Source: Patescibacteria group bacterium (lineage in GTDB: Bacteria > Patescibacteriota > Minisyncoccia > Minisyncoccales > DG-74-1). From it: a DNA stretch of 29,757 bases. Shown one piece after another: positions 17,235 through 25,641 of the stretch. How positions within the stretch are numbered: the first letter of the stretch is position 1; each line of letters starts with the position of its first letter. Under the pieces are notes generated by a model that made no database searches, was not told the origin of the DNA, and saw only the letters and a list, made by a program, of their open reading frames with translations. The DNA lies in NCBI GenBank assembly GCA_030016465.1, contig JASEJL010000001.1, positions 1 to 29,757 on the forward strand, given 5' to 3'. Position numbers and translations under genes: made by a program.

Positions 17235-17948
17235 ATGAAGACAGAATTAATTTTTCTTTCAAAGGAACTTGAGAAAACTAAAGAAGACTTAATTGATTTA
17301 CAAAGATACCTCGAAGAACTTTCCAATTTTTTGCCTTTAGCTGTCTGCACAACAAATCCCTTAGAAATCATTATTGATATCAATAAAGCTTTTGAGGTTC
17401 TCACTCATTACACTACTATAGAAATAGTAGGAGAACCAATAGAAATTCTTTTTTTAGAAAAAAAGAAATTTAAAGAATTTTTAACAAAGATAATTAAAGA
17501 AAAGACAATTTATAATACAGAACTGACTTTAATCTCTAAAGAAAAAAAAGAAATTTCAGTTAGTGTTTCTGGAGCTTTGAGAAAAGATGAAAAAGGAGAT
17601 TTTATTGGCTGTTTTTTTGCAATTACAAACATTACCGAACTCAAAGAACTTCAAGAAAATTTAGAAAAAAAAGTTAAAGAAAGAACTAAAGAGTTAGAAG
17701 AATCAAAAGCTGCTTTAGAAGAAGCCAAGGCAGTTTTAGAAATAAAAGTTCAGGCCAGAACTAAAGAATTAAGAGAGTTAGCTGAAGGACTAGAAGTAGA
17801 GGTAGAAAGAAGAACTAAAGAGGTTCGAGAAAGAATGGAAGAGTTAGAAAAATTCCACAGGTTGGCTGTTGGTCGAGAATTAAAAATGATTGAGTTAAAA
17901 AAAGAAATTGAGAGATTAAAAAGAGAACTGAAAGAATCCAAAAAATGA
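17235..17948 (+). CDS. PAS-domain sensor with S-helix repeats and a VGRELKM tail; no kinase domain
   Basis: PAS core (IIDINKAFEVLTHYTTIEIVGEPIEIL..GDFIGCFFAITNITE), three xERTKE-type helices, then EELEKFHRLAVGRELKMIELKKEI. Confidence 0.85.
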   Translation: MKTELIFLSKELEKTKEDLIDLQRYLEELSNFLPLAVCTTNPLEIIIDINKAFEVLTHYTTIEIVGEPIEILFLEKKKFKEFLTKIIKEKTIYNTELTLISKEKKEISVSVSGALRKDEKGDFIGCFFAITNITELKELQENLEKKVKERTKELEESKAALEEAKAVLEIKVQARTKELRELAEGLEVEVERRTKEVRERMEELEKFHRLAVGRELKMIELKKEIERLKRELKESKK

Positions 17949-18245
17949 AAATTTTAATTGCTTATTATTCAAGAACTGGCGAAACAGAAAAAGTAGCCGA
18001 AGTTCTTAAAAAAGTTTGAGCTCGAGGGCACACTGTTGATGTAGAAAAAGTTAGACCACTAAAGGAACTCAGCTTTAGAGGCTGGTTTTTAATTCGGATG
18101 ATTAAAAGAGAATGCGAAATTGAAGAACTTAAAATTAAGGATGTCTCAAAATACAATGTAATTTGCATTGATAATCCTAATTGGATCGGATTTTCTTTAC
18201 CCATGGCAAGGTATCTCCGAGAAGCTGAAGGGTTAAAATATAAAA
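17945..18245 (+). pseudogene. Flavodoxin-like protein remnant
   Basis: MKILIAYYSRTGETEKVAE flavodoxin P-loop; ATGA overlap with the PAS stop; in-frame TGA at 18017; 3' end replaced by the exonuclease duplicate. Confidence 0.8.
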
Positions 18246-19093
18246 ATTTTTATTGGTCTTTTTTAAAGTCATAAAAGAATTTCAGCCAGATTTTATTGCC
18301 GCCATTTTTGACTACCCGACTCTCCTACCTTTCGACATAAAAAATATAAAGAGTATAAAATTAGTCGTCCCCCGGCCCCAGAAGAGCTCCCCTAACAGAT
18401 TCCTAAAGTAAAAGAGATTTTAAAAGCTTTTTCCGTGCCAATTTTTGAAAAAGAAGGTTTTGAAGCCGACGACATTATTGGAACCATTTCTCATTTAGCC
18501 CCCAAAAAAACAAGTTTTACCTGAGATTGAAACTATTGTTTTAACCGGGGGTCTCGATACTCTCCAGCTAATCGATCCCCACACCATTTATACTTTAAGA
18601 AGAGGAGTTAAAGAGGCTTTTTAAGAGGCTGTTTTATATGATGTAGGGGCAGTTAAACAAAGATTCGACGGACTCACTCCAAAACAACTTCCTGATTTAA
18701 AGGCCCTCAAAGGAGATCCTTCTGATAACATCCCGGGAGTTTCTGGAAGAGGGGAGAAAATTGCTATTGAATTATAAAAGAATTTGAAGACCTAGAAAAA
18801 CTTTACCAAAATTTAGAACAAAAAATTGACAAAGCTAAAAAATTAAAACCAAAATTAAAAGAAAACTTGCTTCGATTTAAAGATCAAGCTTTTTTAGTAA
18901 GATGTTAGCTGAAATTTCCCAGGCAGCGCCAATAGATTTCGCTTTAAAAAAATGCCACTGGAAAAAGTACAATAGAGGAAGAGTAGTCGAACTTCTTAAA
19001 AAGCTTGAATTTCACAGCTTAATTAAAAGATTACCCGAAGCAAAAGGACAAACTGATAAAGGTTCAATAATTGAAGAAGATTTGAAGTTGTAG
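18246..19093 (+). pseudogene. Second, 5'-truncated and decayed copy of the 5'-3' exonuclease gene
   Basis: 18246-18304 is identical to 14442-14500; the rest is diverged (EGFEADDIIGTI, GDPSDNIPG) with in-frame TAA codons and frameshifts. Confidence 0.92.
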
Positions 19094-19157
19094 TAAAATA
19101 AAAACCAAGGCAAAGGTCGGATTATAAAAATCTTAAAAAATAAAAAAAGAGGTACAA

Positions 19158-19745
19158 ATGCCAAAGAAAAAAATTCTGATGTTAGTGGGGGACTATGTGG
19201 AAGACTATGAAGCGATGGTCCCTTTCCAAATGTTGACCATGGTTGGGCATAAGGTTGATACAGTTTGTCCAGATAAGAAAGCTGGCGAAACAGTGAAGAC
19301 AGCTGTTCACGACTTCACTGGCGAACAGACCTATAGTGAAAAGCCAGGCCACAACTTCGCTCTCACCGCAACATTTGAGGAGATCGATCCGAAAGATTAC
19401 GATGGCTTGGTCATTCCAGGAGGGCGGGCACCAGAATATATTCGACTGAATGAAAAGGTGCTTTCTATTGTCCGCCACTTTATGGAGAACAACAAGCCCG
19501 TTGCTTCGATTTGCCATGGCCAGCAGGTATTGGCAGCCGCCGGCGTTCTCAAGGGGAAGTCTTGTACAGCCTATCCAGCAATTAAACCTGAGGTGGTTGG
19601 GGCTGGTGCTAACTGGCTTGAGCCAAACGAGACTTTCTCCAATGCTTACGTAGACGGAAATCTGGTAACAGCAGTAGCTTGGCCTGGTCATCCGGAATGG
19701 ATAAGAAAGTTCCTCGAAGTGCTTGGCACAAAAATTGAACCCTAA
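19158..19745 (+). CDS. DJ-1/PfpI family protein (glyoxalase/deglycase/peptidase C56)
   Basis: [17 protein letters not shown], nucleophile elbow ICHG. Visibly more GC-rich than its neighbours. Confidence 0.95.
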   Translation: MPKKKILMLVGDYVEDYEAMVPFQMLTMVGHKVDTVCPDKKAGETVKTAVHDFTGEQTYSEKPGHNFALTATFEEIDPKDYDGLVIPGGRAPEYIRLNEKVLSIVRHFMENNKPVASICHGQQVLAAAGVLKGKSCTAYPAIKPEVVGAGANWLEPNETFSNAYVDGNLVTAVAWPGHPEWIRKFLEVLGTKIEP

Positions 19746-19963
19746 GAACTGAAATCAAAACCTAGTTTAAACTGACCTTTGCCAAAAGGGAAGGAAGGCG
19801 ATAGTTTCGATCGCGATTTTCTTGAGGGAAGATTCTACTCGCTTTCCTTCTCTCCTAACTTTATTATCAATTGCGGAAACTATCTCGAAATAAATAAAAA
19901 ACTTCATTAGAAATTTCTAATCAGATAAAGGTCGAAAAAAAATAAATTAAAATAAGATAAATT

Positions 19964-21319
19964 ATGGATAAAAGAATTATTATTGTGGTGATAGTGGCTA
20001 TTTTGGTTGGAATTGGAATTTGGTGGGTAGCCCAGATGCCCAAAGAAGAAAAGCCAATCGAAGTTTTACCGGAGGTAAAACCCAAAATAGTGGTAGGAGA
20101 TGTGGGTTACGGTTGGAGTGTAAAAGATGACCCCAAAGAAGCAGTAAAAGAAGCAGTTTCTTTGATGAAGCAGAGACTGGGAGAAAAATCTCCAAAGTAT
20201 GTTCTTTGTTTTATTGGTATTGGCAAAGGGAATGTTGGTTATGATGCCGAGGAAGTGATAGCTGAGCTTAGAAATCAACTCGGCCCTGAAGTTCGGATTC
20301 ATGGTGGAAGTTCAAGCCTTGGAGTTTTAACCAAAGAAGGCTTTCATATTGGTGAGGTTGGCTCATTAGCCCTAATAGGCGTGGTTTCAGAAAGAATGGA
20401 CTTTGGGGTAGGTGGGATAAGTTTAGACGAGCTTTCTCCTAAAGAGGCTGGGAAAAAAGCTATAGAGCTGGCTATGGAAAATGCCCCGAAAGAAGGACTT
20501 CCTCAAATTGTCTATATGACCGCCTCTCCCGGAGTAGAAGAGGAGATACTCCCTGGTATTGAAGAAATTTTAGGAATCGACATTCCGATAATTGGAGGAA
20601 GTGGGGGAGATAATGATCTAACCGGAAAATGGTGGGGAGTAGCCAATGATCAACTCTATAAAAATGGTGTTGTTCTAACTGCTGTTTATACCGATTTGAA
20701 GATCGGCTACGCTTACGAACATAGTTATAATGTTAGCGAAAAGAAAGGCGTTGTTACTAAAGCTAAAGGAAGAAGACTTTATGAGATTGACGGAAGACCG
20801 GCAGCCGAGGTGTATAATGAATGGACCGGAGGTCTGGTGGAAGAAATCCTTAAAGAAGGAGGAATAATTCTTCATGAAGTTGCTGCTTTTTATCCTCTAG
20901 CCAGAGGGGTGAAAGGGAAAGGAGAGGAAGTTTTTTATATTTCTGTTATGCCATACATAGTAAATGAGGATAAATCATTAGGCCTTTTTGCCAATATGGA
21001 AGATGGAGATGAGGTTTTGCTGCTACACGGGACTTGGGAATTACTTTTGAATCGTGCTTATTCCACTCCTCGTGAAGCCATGGCAACCAAAGCAATTTCT
21101 CCAGAAAAGGGATTGTTTGGAATTTATACTTTCTGCACCGGGACGATGTTCGCAGTACCTGAGACAGAAAGAGCAAAATTCCCAGTTTTTGTTAATAATG
21201 CCTTGGGTGGCATTCCTTTCGTGGGCACTTTTACTTTGGGTGAGCAAATTTTCTTGCCAGGCGCAGGAAATAGACATTGCAATCTTGTTAATTCAATGAT
21301 TGTTTTCAGTGAAGAATAA
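19964..21319 (+). CDS. Membrane-anchored FIST (FIST_N/FIST_C) sensor protein
   Basis: N-terminal signal anchor; PIIGGSGGDND, LYEIDGRPAAEVY, GTFTLGEQ FIST motifs. Confidence 0.88.
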   Translation: MDKRIIIVVIVAILVGIGIWWVAQMPKEEKPIEVLPEVKPKIVVGDVGYGWSVKDDPKEAVKEAVSLMKQRLGEKSPKYVLCFIGIGKGNVGYDAEEVIAELRNQLGPEVRIHGGSSSLGVLTKEGFHIGEVGSLALIGVVSERMDFGVGGISLDELSPKEAGKKAIELAMENAPKEGLPQIVYMTASPGVEEEILPGIEEILGIDIPIIGGSGGDNDLTGKWWGVANDQLYKNGVVLTAVYTDLKIGYAYEHSYNVSEKKGVVTKAKGRRLYEIDGRPAAEVYNEWTGGLVEEILKEGGIILHEVAAFYPLARGVKGKGEEVFYISVMPYIVNEDKSLGLFANMEDGDEVLLLHGTWELLLNRAYSTPREAMATKAISPEKGLFGIYTFCTGTMFAVPETERAKFPVFVNNALGGIPFVGTFTLGEQIFLPGAGNRHCNLVNSMIVFSEE

Positions 21320-21350
21320 GTCCAATTCAAACGATTGGATTTAGAATTTT

Positions 21351-22307
21351 ATGCTAAAAAGAGGGATGTTTAGCAAAATTTTTGGCTTGATAGTAGTAAT
21401 GTCTCTTGTGATTGGGATATTAATTTTAGTTGTAACTATAAGAGAACGAACTAAAGCCGTTGAGGAAGCTTTAGTGCAAAAAAATAAACTATTGGTTAAA
21501 GTAGCTTCCAAAAATATTGAATCGGGGTATTATGCCCAGGTTCTACCGTTAGAGACATTAAGACTTATCAGTGCTTCCGAAGACACTCTCTTTTTGTGGG
21601 TAGTAAAACCAAGCGGAGAAATTTATTTAGCCGATAATCCCCAGATGCTTGGCAAAATAATCGATGATCCTTCTTTAGGGACAGAAAGAGTGGTAGTAAG
21701 AGATAGTGTTTATCCAAAAGATGGTAAAAAAATAAAATTAATTGTTCAACCTATTGGAATTAAAGAAGAAGGGAAACCCTGGAGTCTTTTTCTGGGAGTT
21801 TCTCTGGAGCCAGTTGTTGCTGCTCGAAGAACAATAATTGCTCATAGCCTCGATTTTTTGGTTCTGACTATTATTTTTATTGCCCTCATTTCCTTCTATT
21901 TTGCCAAAGAAGTGACTAACCCCTTAAAGCATCTTAGAGAGGGAGCAGAAACTATTGGCAAAGGAAATCTTGATTATCGAATTAAGATAAAGACCGGGGA
22001 TGAAATTGAGGAATTAGCGAATGCTTTTAACAAAATGGCCGAAGATTTAAAAAGATCTTACACTGCTCTAGAAGAATCTAAAAAAGTCCTTGAAATAAAA
22101 GTTGCAGCCAGAACTAAAGAATTAAAAGAGCTTGCTGAAGGATTGGAAGAAGAGGTTGAAAGAAGGACTAAAGAGGTTCGAGAAAGAATGGAAGAATTAG
22201 AAAAATTCCATCGATTAGCAGTCGGCCGAGAATTGAAAATGGTTGAGCTAAAGAAAGAAATTAAGAAATTAAAAAAAGAATTAGAAAAATATAAGCCAAG
22301 CACATAA
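21351..22307 (+). CDS. Two-TM sensor with an extracytoplasmic domain, HAMP and a VGRELKM tail; no kinase domain
   Basis: TM1 about aa 9-29, TM2 about aa 168-185, HAMP (NPLKHLREGAETIGKGNLDYRI..DEIEELANAFNKM), then a coiled-coil tail. Confidence 0.9.
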   Translation: MLKRGMFSKIFGLIVVMSLVIGILILVVTIRERTKAVEEALVQKNKLLVKVASKNIESGYYAQVLPLETLRLISASEDTLFLWVVKPSGEIYLADNPQMLGKIIDDPSLGTERVVVRDSVYPKDGKKIKLIVQPIGIKEEGKPWSLFLGVSLEPVVAARRTIIAHSLDFLVLTIIFIALISFYFAKEVTNPLKHLREGAETIGKGNLDYRIKIKTGDEIEELANAFNKMAEDLKRSYTALEESKKVLEIKVAARTKELKELAEGLEEEVERRTKEVRERMEELEKFHRLAVGRELKMVELKKEIKKLKKELEKYKPST

Positions 22308-22374
22308 AGAAATTATGTGCTTAGTAAAGGTCGACATGATAAAATAATAAAATTAATCAAAAATAAATTAAACT

Positions 22375-23553
22375 ATGATTAAAGCTGGAGTAGGAAGAAG
22401 TAATAACCCTGATCCTATCAAAGCCGGAGCTGAAGCTTGTGAAAAAGCCTTAACTCAGGCTGGCGACAAAGCTGATTTAATAGTTGTTTTTTCTACTGTT
22501 GCCTATGACCAGAAAAAAATGCTGGAAGGGGTGAGATCTATTTCTAAAGAAACTCCTCTAGTAGGCTGTAGTGATTCTGGGGAAATTACCGGAGAAGGGC
22601 CAGTTTCAAAACATGTGGCGGTGATGGCTTTAAGTTCAGACACCATTGATTTTACCATTGGAGTGGGAGAGGGAACAGATAAGGATTCTCATAAAGCTGG
22701 AGCTGAGGCTGCTAGAGAGATAAAGAAAAAAGCTAAGGGAGATATTTCTTTGTTTACAATGTTGTTGGATGGCCTGGCTGAAAATGGAGCAGCAGCAGTG
22801 AGAGGAGTTCAGGAGGTTTTTGGAAAAAACTTCCCAATAATGGGAGGCTCAGCCGGAGACGACTTTCAGTTCAAGAACACCTATGAATACTTCAATGATC
22901 AAGTTTTGAGTAATGCTGTAATCGGGATTGGGTTTTCTGGTAAATTTTCTTTTGGGGTTGGTGTACGACATGGTTGGGAACCAATTGGTTTACCAATGAA
23001 AGTAACTAAAGCTGAGGGAGCGAAATTAATTGAGGTAAATAACCGGCCAGCTCTCTCTATTTATGAGGATTATTTCGGGAAGAAGGCTGAAGAATTAATC
23101 AAAGAACCGATTGCCAGAATGGCCTATACTTATCCTTTAGGAATGTCAGTTGAAGGAAGTCCAGAGCTTTTGATTCGAGATGTGGTTATCGCCGATGAGA
23201 AAGGAGTAATTACTTGTGCTGCAGAAATTCCCGAGGGTTCAGAAATCAGGTTAATGTTAGGAGATCCAGATAAGGCTATCCAGGCTGCTAAAGAAGCAGC
23301 AGAGGGAGCTTTGGCTCAGCTTAAAGGCACGGAACCAAAAGTGGTTTTTGTTTTTGACTGTATGGCTCGGAACAAGCTTTTAGGACCAAGAATTGGAGAA
23401 GAAATTGTGGCCATCCAGAATGTTCTAGGAAAAGAAGTGCCCTTAATTGGTTTTTATACCTATGGGGAACAGGCTCCTCTGGGAGGAGTGTTGGGACCAG
23501 AATGTTTTTCTGTTTTTCACAATGAAACCATGGCTTTGATGGTGCTGGGATAA
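22375..23553 (+). CDS. Cytoplasmic FIST (NosP-like) sensor protein
   Basis: PLVGCSDSGEI, PIMGGSAGDD, GWEPIG, FDCMAR, GFYTYGEQ..HNET. Confidence 0.93.
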   Translation: MIKAGVGRSNNPDPIKAGAEACEKALTQAGDKADLIVVFSTVAYDQKKMLEGVRSISKETPLVGCSDSGEITGEGPVSKHVAVMALSSDTIDFTIGVGEGTDKDSHKAGAEAAREIKKKAKGDISLFTMLLDGLAENGAAAVRGVQEVFGKNFPIMGGSAGDDFQFKNTYEYFNDQVLSNAVIGIGFSGKFSFGVGVRHGWEPIGLPMKVTKAEGAKLIEVNNRPALSIYEDYFGKKAEELIKEPIARMAYTYPLGMSVEGSPELLIRDVVIADEKGVITCAAEIPEGSEIRLMLGDPDKAIQAAKEAAEGALAQLKGTEPKVVFVFDCMARNKLLGPRIGEEIVAIQNVLGKEVPLIGFYTYGEQAPLGGVLGPECFSVFHNETMALMVLG

Positions 23554-23644
23554 ATAAAAAGCGATTAAGAGATTAAACAATTAAGAGATACTTTCTCTTC
23601 AAAGTTTTTTAATTGTTAATGAAAAAAATCCTGATAAAAAAGCT

Positions 23645-25207
23645 GTGGTAAAAGCAAGAGAAACAAAACTACAAGCTATAATTGCCGAACTTTCAGAAAT
23701 TAGCCAGAGAAGGGAAAGAGAGCTGGCTGAAATGGACCGAATTGCCAAGATGTTAGTGAGGAGAGATTTTGAGTTGTCTGAAATTAGAGAAAAGAGAGAG
23801 AAGGAGTTATCAGAGCTAGATCGGGCCGCAAAGCTTTTGATAAGAAGGGATTTAGAGCTTTCAGGAGCTATAGTTCAATTAGAAAAACAAAGGAATGAGT
23901 TAGATAGAATTGCTAAAATTTTAGTGCGGCGAGATCTGGAATTAACCGAAATGAGGGAAGAGCAAGTTAAAGAGCTTCAAGAAATGGACCGAATTGCCAA
24001 GATGTTAGTCAGGAGAGATTTTGAACTGGCGGAGATTAGAGAAAAAAGAGAGAGAGAACTTCAAGAATTAGAAAAGAGAACAAAAGAATTAGAAGAATCA
24101 AGAACTGCTCTAATGAATATATTGGAAGATGTGGAGGAGGCTCGAAAGAAGGCAGAAGAAGAAAAAGAAAAAACCCTTGCAGTTATTACCAATTTTACCG
24201 ATGGGCTGTTAGTTTTTGATAGAGAAAATAAACTTTCTTTAATTAACCCCCAGGCTGAAAATTTTTTTGATGTTAAGGGAAGAAACATAATTGGCAGACC
24301 AGTTTTGGAATTGAGCACTTTTCCAACCCTCGAACCCTTAGTGAGATTAGTGGGAAAAGAAATTAAACAAGTTTTTAGAAAAGAATTACCAATTAAAGAA
24401 AAATTCACTTTGGAGGTGTCTACTGTTCCGATGGTGAGAGAGGAAGAAAAAATAGGAACCATGGTTATTTTACATGATATTAGCCGGGAAAAAATGGTTG
24501 AGAGAATGAAAACCGAATTCGTTTCTCTGGCTGCTCATCAGCTGCGGACACCTCTTTCAGCAATTAAATGGACTCTCCGGATGCTTTTAGACGGTGACCT
24601 GGGCAAGATAACTGAAGAACAGAGAGATTTTATTGAAAAAACCTATGGCTCAAACGAAAGAATGATTGCTTTAATTAATGACCTTTTAGATGTAACCAGA
24701 ATTGAGGAAGGAAGATATCTTTACAAACCCACCCTTGCCGACTTTGAACCAATTTGCCAATTTGTAATCAACTCTTTTAAAGAAGAAATTGAAAAGAGAA
24801 AGATTAAATTCGAATTTAAAAAACCGGAAAAGAAATTACCTCAGGTTAAGGTAGATGTTGAAAAAATAAGACTGGCCATTCAGAACCTCCTCGATAACGC
24901 CATTAAATATACTCAACCTGAGGGCAAGGTGACAATTACTTTAAAATCTGGTAAAAAGGAAGTAGAGTTTTCAATTAGAGATAGCGGCGTAGGTATTCCC
25001 AGCGACCAGCAAGAAAGAGTATTTAGCAAGTTTTTTCGAGGAGCTAATGTTTTAAGAATGGAAACCGAAGGTTCGGGTCTTGGTCTTTTTATCGCTAAAA
25101 ACATTATTGAGGCCCATAATGGAAAAATCTGGTTTGAATCTGAAGAAGGGAAAGGAACAATTTTTTATTTCACTCTGCCTGTGGAAAAAGAATTTGAAGA
25201 TTTTTAA
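23645..25207 (+). CDS. Soluble PAS sensor histidine kinase with four 28-aa N-terminal repeats
   Basis: PAS domain; HisKA AAHQLRTPL; HATPase NLLDNAIKYT, DSGVGI, GSGLGL; no TM segment. An ATG at 23619 is one base out of frame across an A7 run. Confidence 0.95.
   Translation: MVKARETKLQAIIAELSEISQRRERELAEMDRIAKMLVRRDFELSEIREKREKELSELDRAAKLLIRRDLELSGAIVQLEKQRNELDRIAKILVRRDLELTEMREEQVKELQEMDRIAKMLVRRDFELAEIREKRERELQELEKRTKELEESRTALMNILEDVEEARKKAEEEKEKTLAVITNFTDGLLVFDRENKLSLINPQAENFFDVKGRNIIGRPVLELSTFPTLEPLVRLVGKEIKQVFRKELPIKEKFTLEVSTVPMVREEEKIGTMVILHDISREKMVERMKTEFVSLAAHQLRTPLSAIKWTLRMLLDGDLGKITEEQRDFIEKTYGSNERMIALINDLLDVTRIEEGRYLYKPTLADFEPICQFVINSFKEEIEKRKIKFEFKKPEKKLPQVKVDVEKIRLAIQNLLDNAIKYTQPEGKVTITLKSGKKEVEFSIRDSGVGIPSDQQERVFSKFFRGANVLRMETEGSGLGLFIAKNIIEAHNGKIWFESEEGKGTIFYFTLPVEKEFEDF
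23729..24040 (+). repeat. Four coding tandem repeats with an 84-nt (28-aa) period
   Basis: E[ML]DR[IA]AK[MLI]L[VI]RRD[FL]EL starts at aa 29, 57, 85 and 113. Units 1 and 4 are near-identical in DNA (23729 versus 23981). Confidence 0.92.
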
Positions 25208-25228
25208 AAGACTTTAAAAATAAAAAGG

Positions 25229-25257
25229 TTGACAATATTAACCTAAAAGAATAGAAT
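25229..25257 (+). promoter_or_regulatory. Sigma70 promoter for the receiver pair, probably giving a leaderless or near-leaderless mRNA
   Basis: TTGACA (25229-25234), 17-nt spacer, TAGAAT (25252-25257), then ATG 8 nt later. Confidence 0.7.
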
Positions 25258-25265
25258 AAAATAAG

Positions 25266-25637
25266 ATGGCAAAGAAAATTTTATTAGTTGAGGACGAAGA
25301 AATTATAATTAGTCTCCTTCAAAGAAAATTAACCCAAGAAGGTTATGAAGTTTTGCTTGCTAGAGATGGCGAGGAGGGATTAAAAGCAATGAGAGAAGTA
25401 AAGCCTAACCTTGTTTTGCTGGATATCATTATGCCTAAAATGGGAGGATTTGAGGTGATGGAGGAAATGATAAAAGATAAAGAATTAAAGGAAATTCCAG
25501 TAATTATTATTTCCAATTCTGGTCAGCCGGTGGAGTTAGATCAGGCTCAAAAATTGGGAGCAAAAGATTGGTTGATTAAAACCGAATTTGATCCTCAGGA
25601 AGTAGTAAATAAAGTAGTAAAACAAATCGGAAGATAA
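25266..25637 (+). CDS. Single-domain (CheY-like) response regulator
   Basis: LLVEDE, LLDIIMPKMGGFE, IISNS, WLIK. Confidence 0.95.
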   Translation: MAKKILLVEDEEIIISLLQRKLTQEGYEVLLARDGEEGLKAMREVKPNLVLLDIIMPKMGGFEVMEEMIKDKELKEIPVIIISNSGQPVELDQAQKLGAKDWLIKTEFDPQEVVNKVVKQIGR

Positions 25638-25641
25638 AAAT

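Noticed and set aside
18017-18019. In-frame TGA as evidence for genetic code 25 (UGA = Gly)
   Set aside because: Intact genes (yebC, tsaE, the PAS gene) end in TGA, no intact gene has an internal TGA, and this gene is also truncated.
10023-19093. Sequencing error as the general cause of the frameshifts
   Set aside because: The defects cluster in particular genes and include in-frame stops, deletions and truncations, while adjacent homopolymer-rich genes are intact. Individual sites still need read checks.
23729-24040. CRISPR array
   Set aside because: The repeats are in-frame coding units with no unique spacers, and there are no cas genes.
3866-25104. Many short ORFs from the track that overlap assigned genes (e.g. 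3866, 5388, 7047, 8769, 12923, 13259, 14586, 14865, 17750, 19182, 19450, 19998-21330, 22058, 24061, 24913)
   Set aside because: They are antisense or alternative-frame shadows of well-supported genes and have no recognisable motifs.
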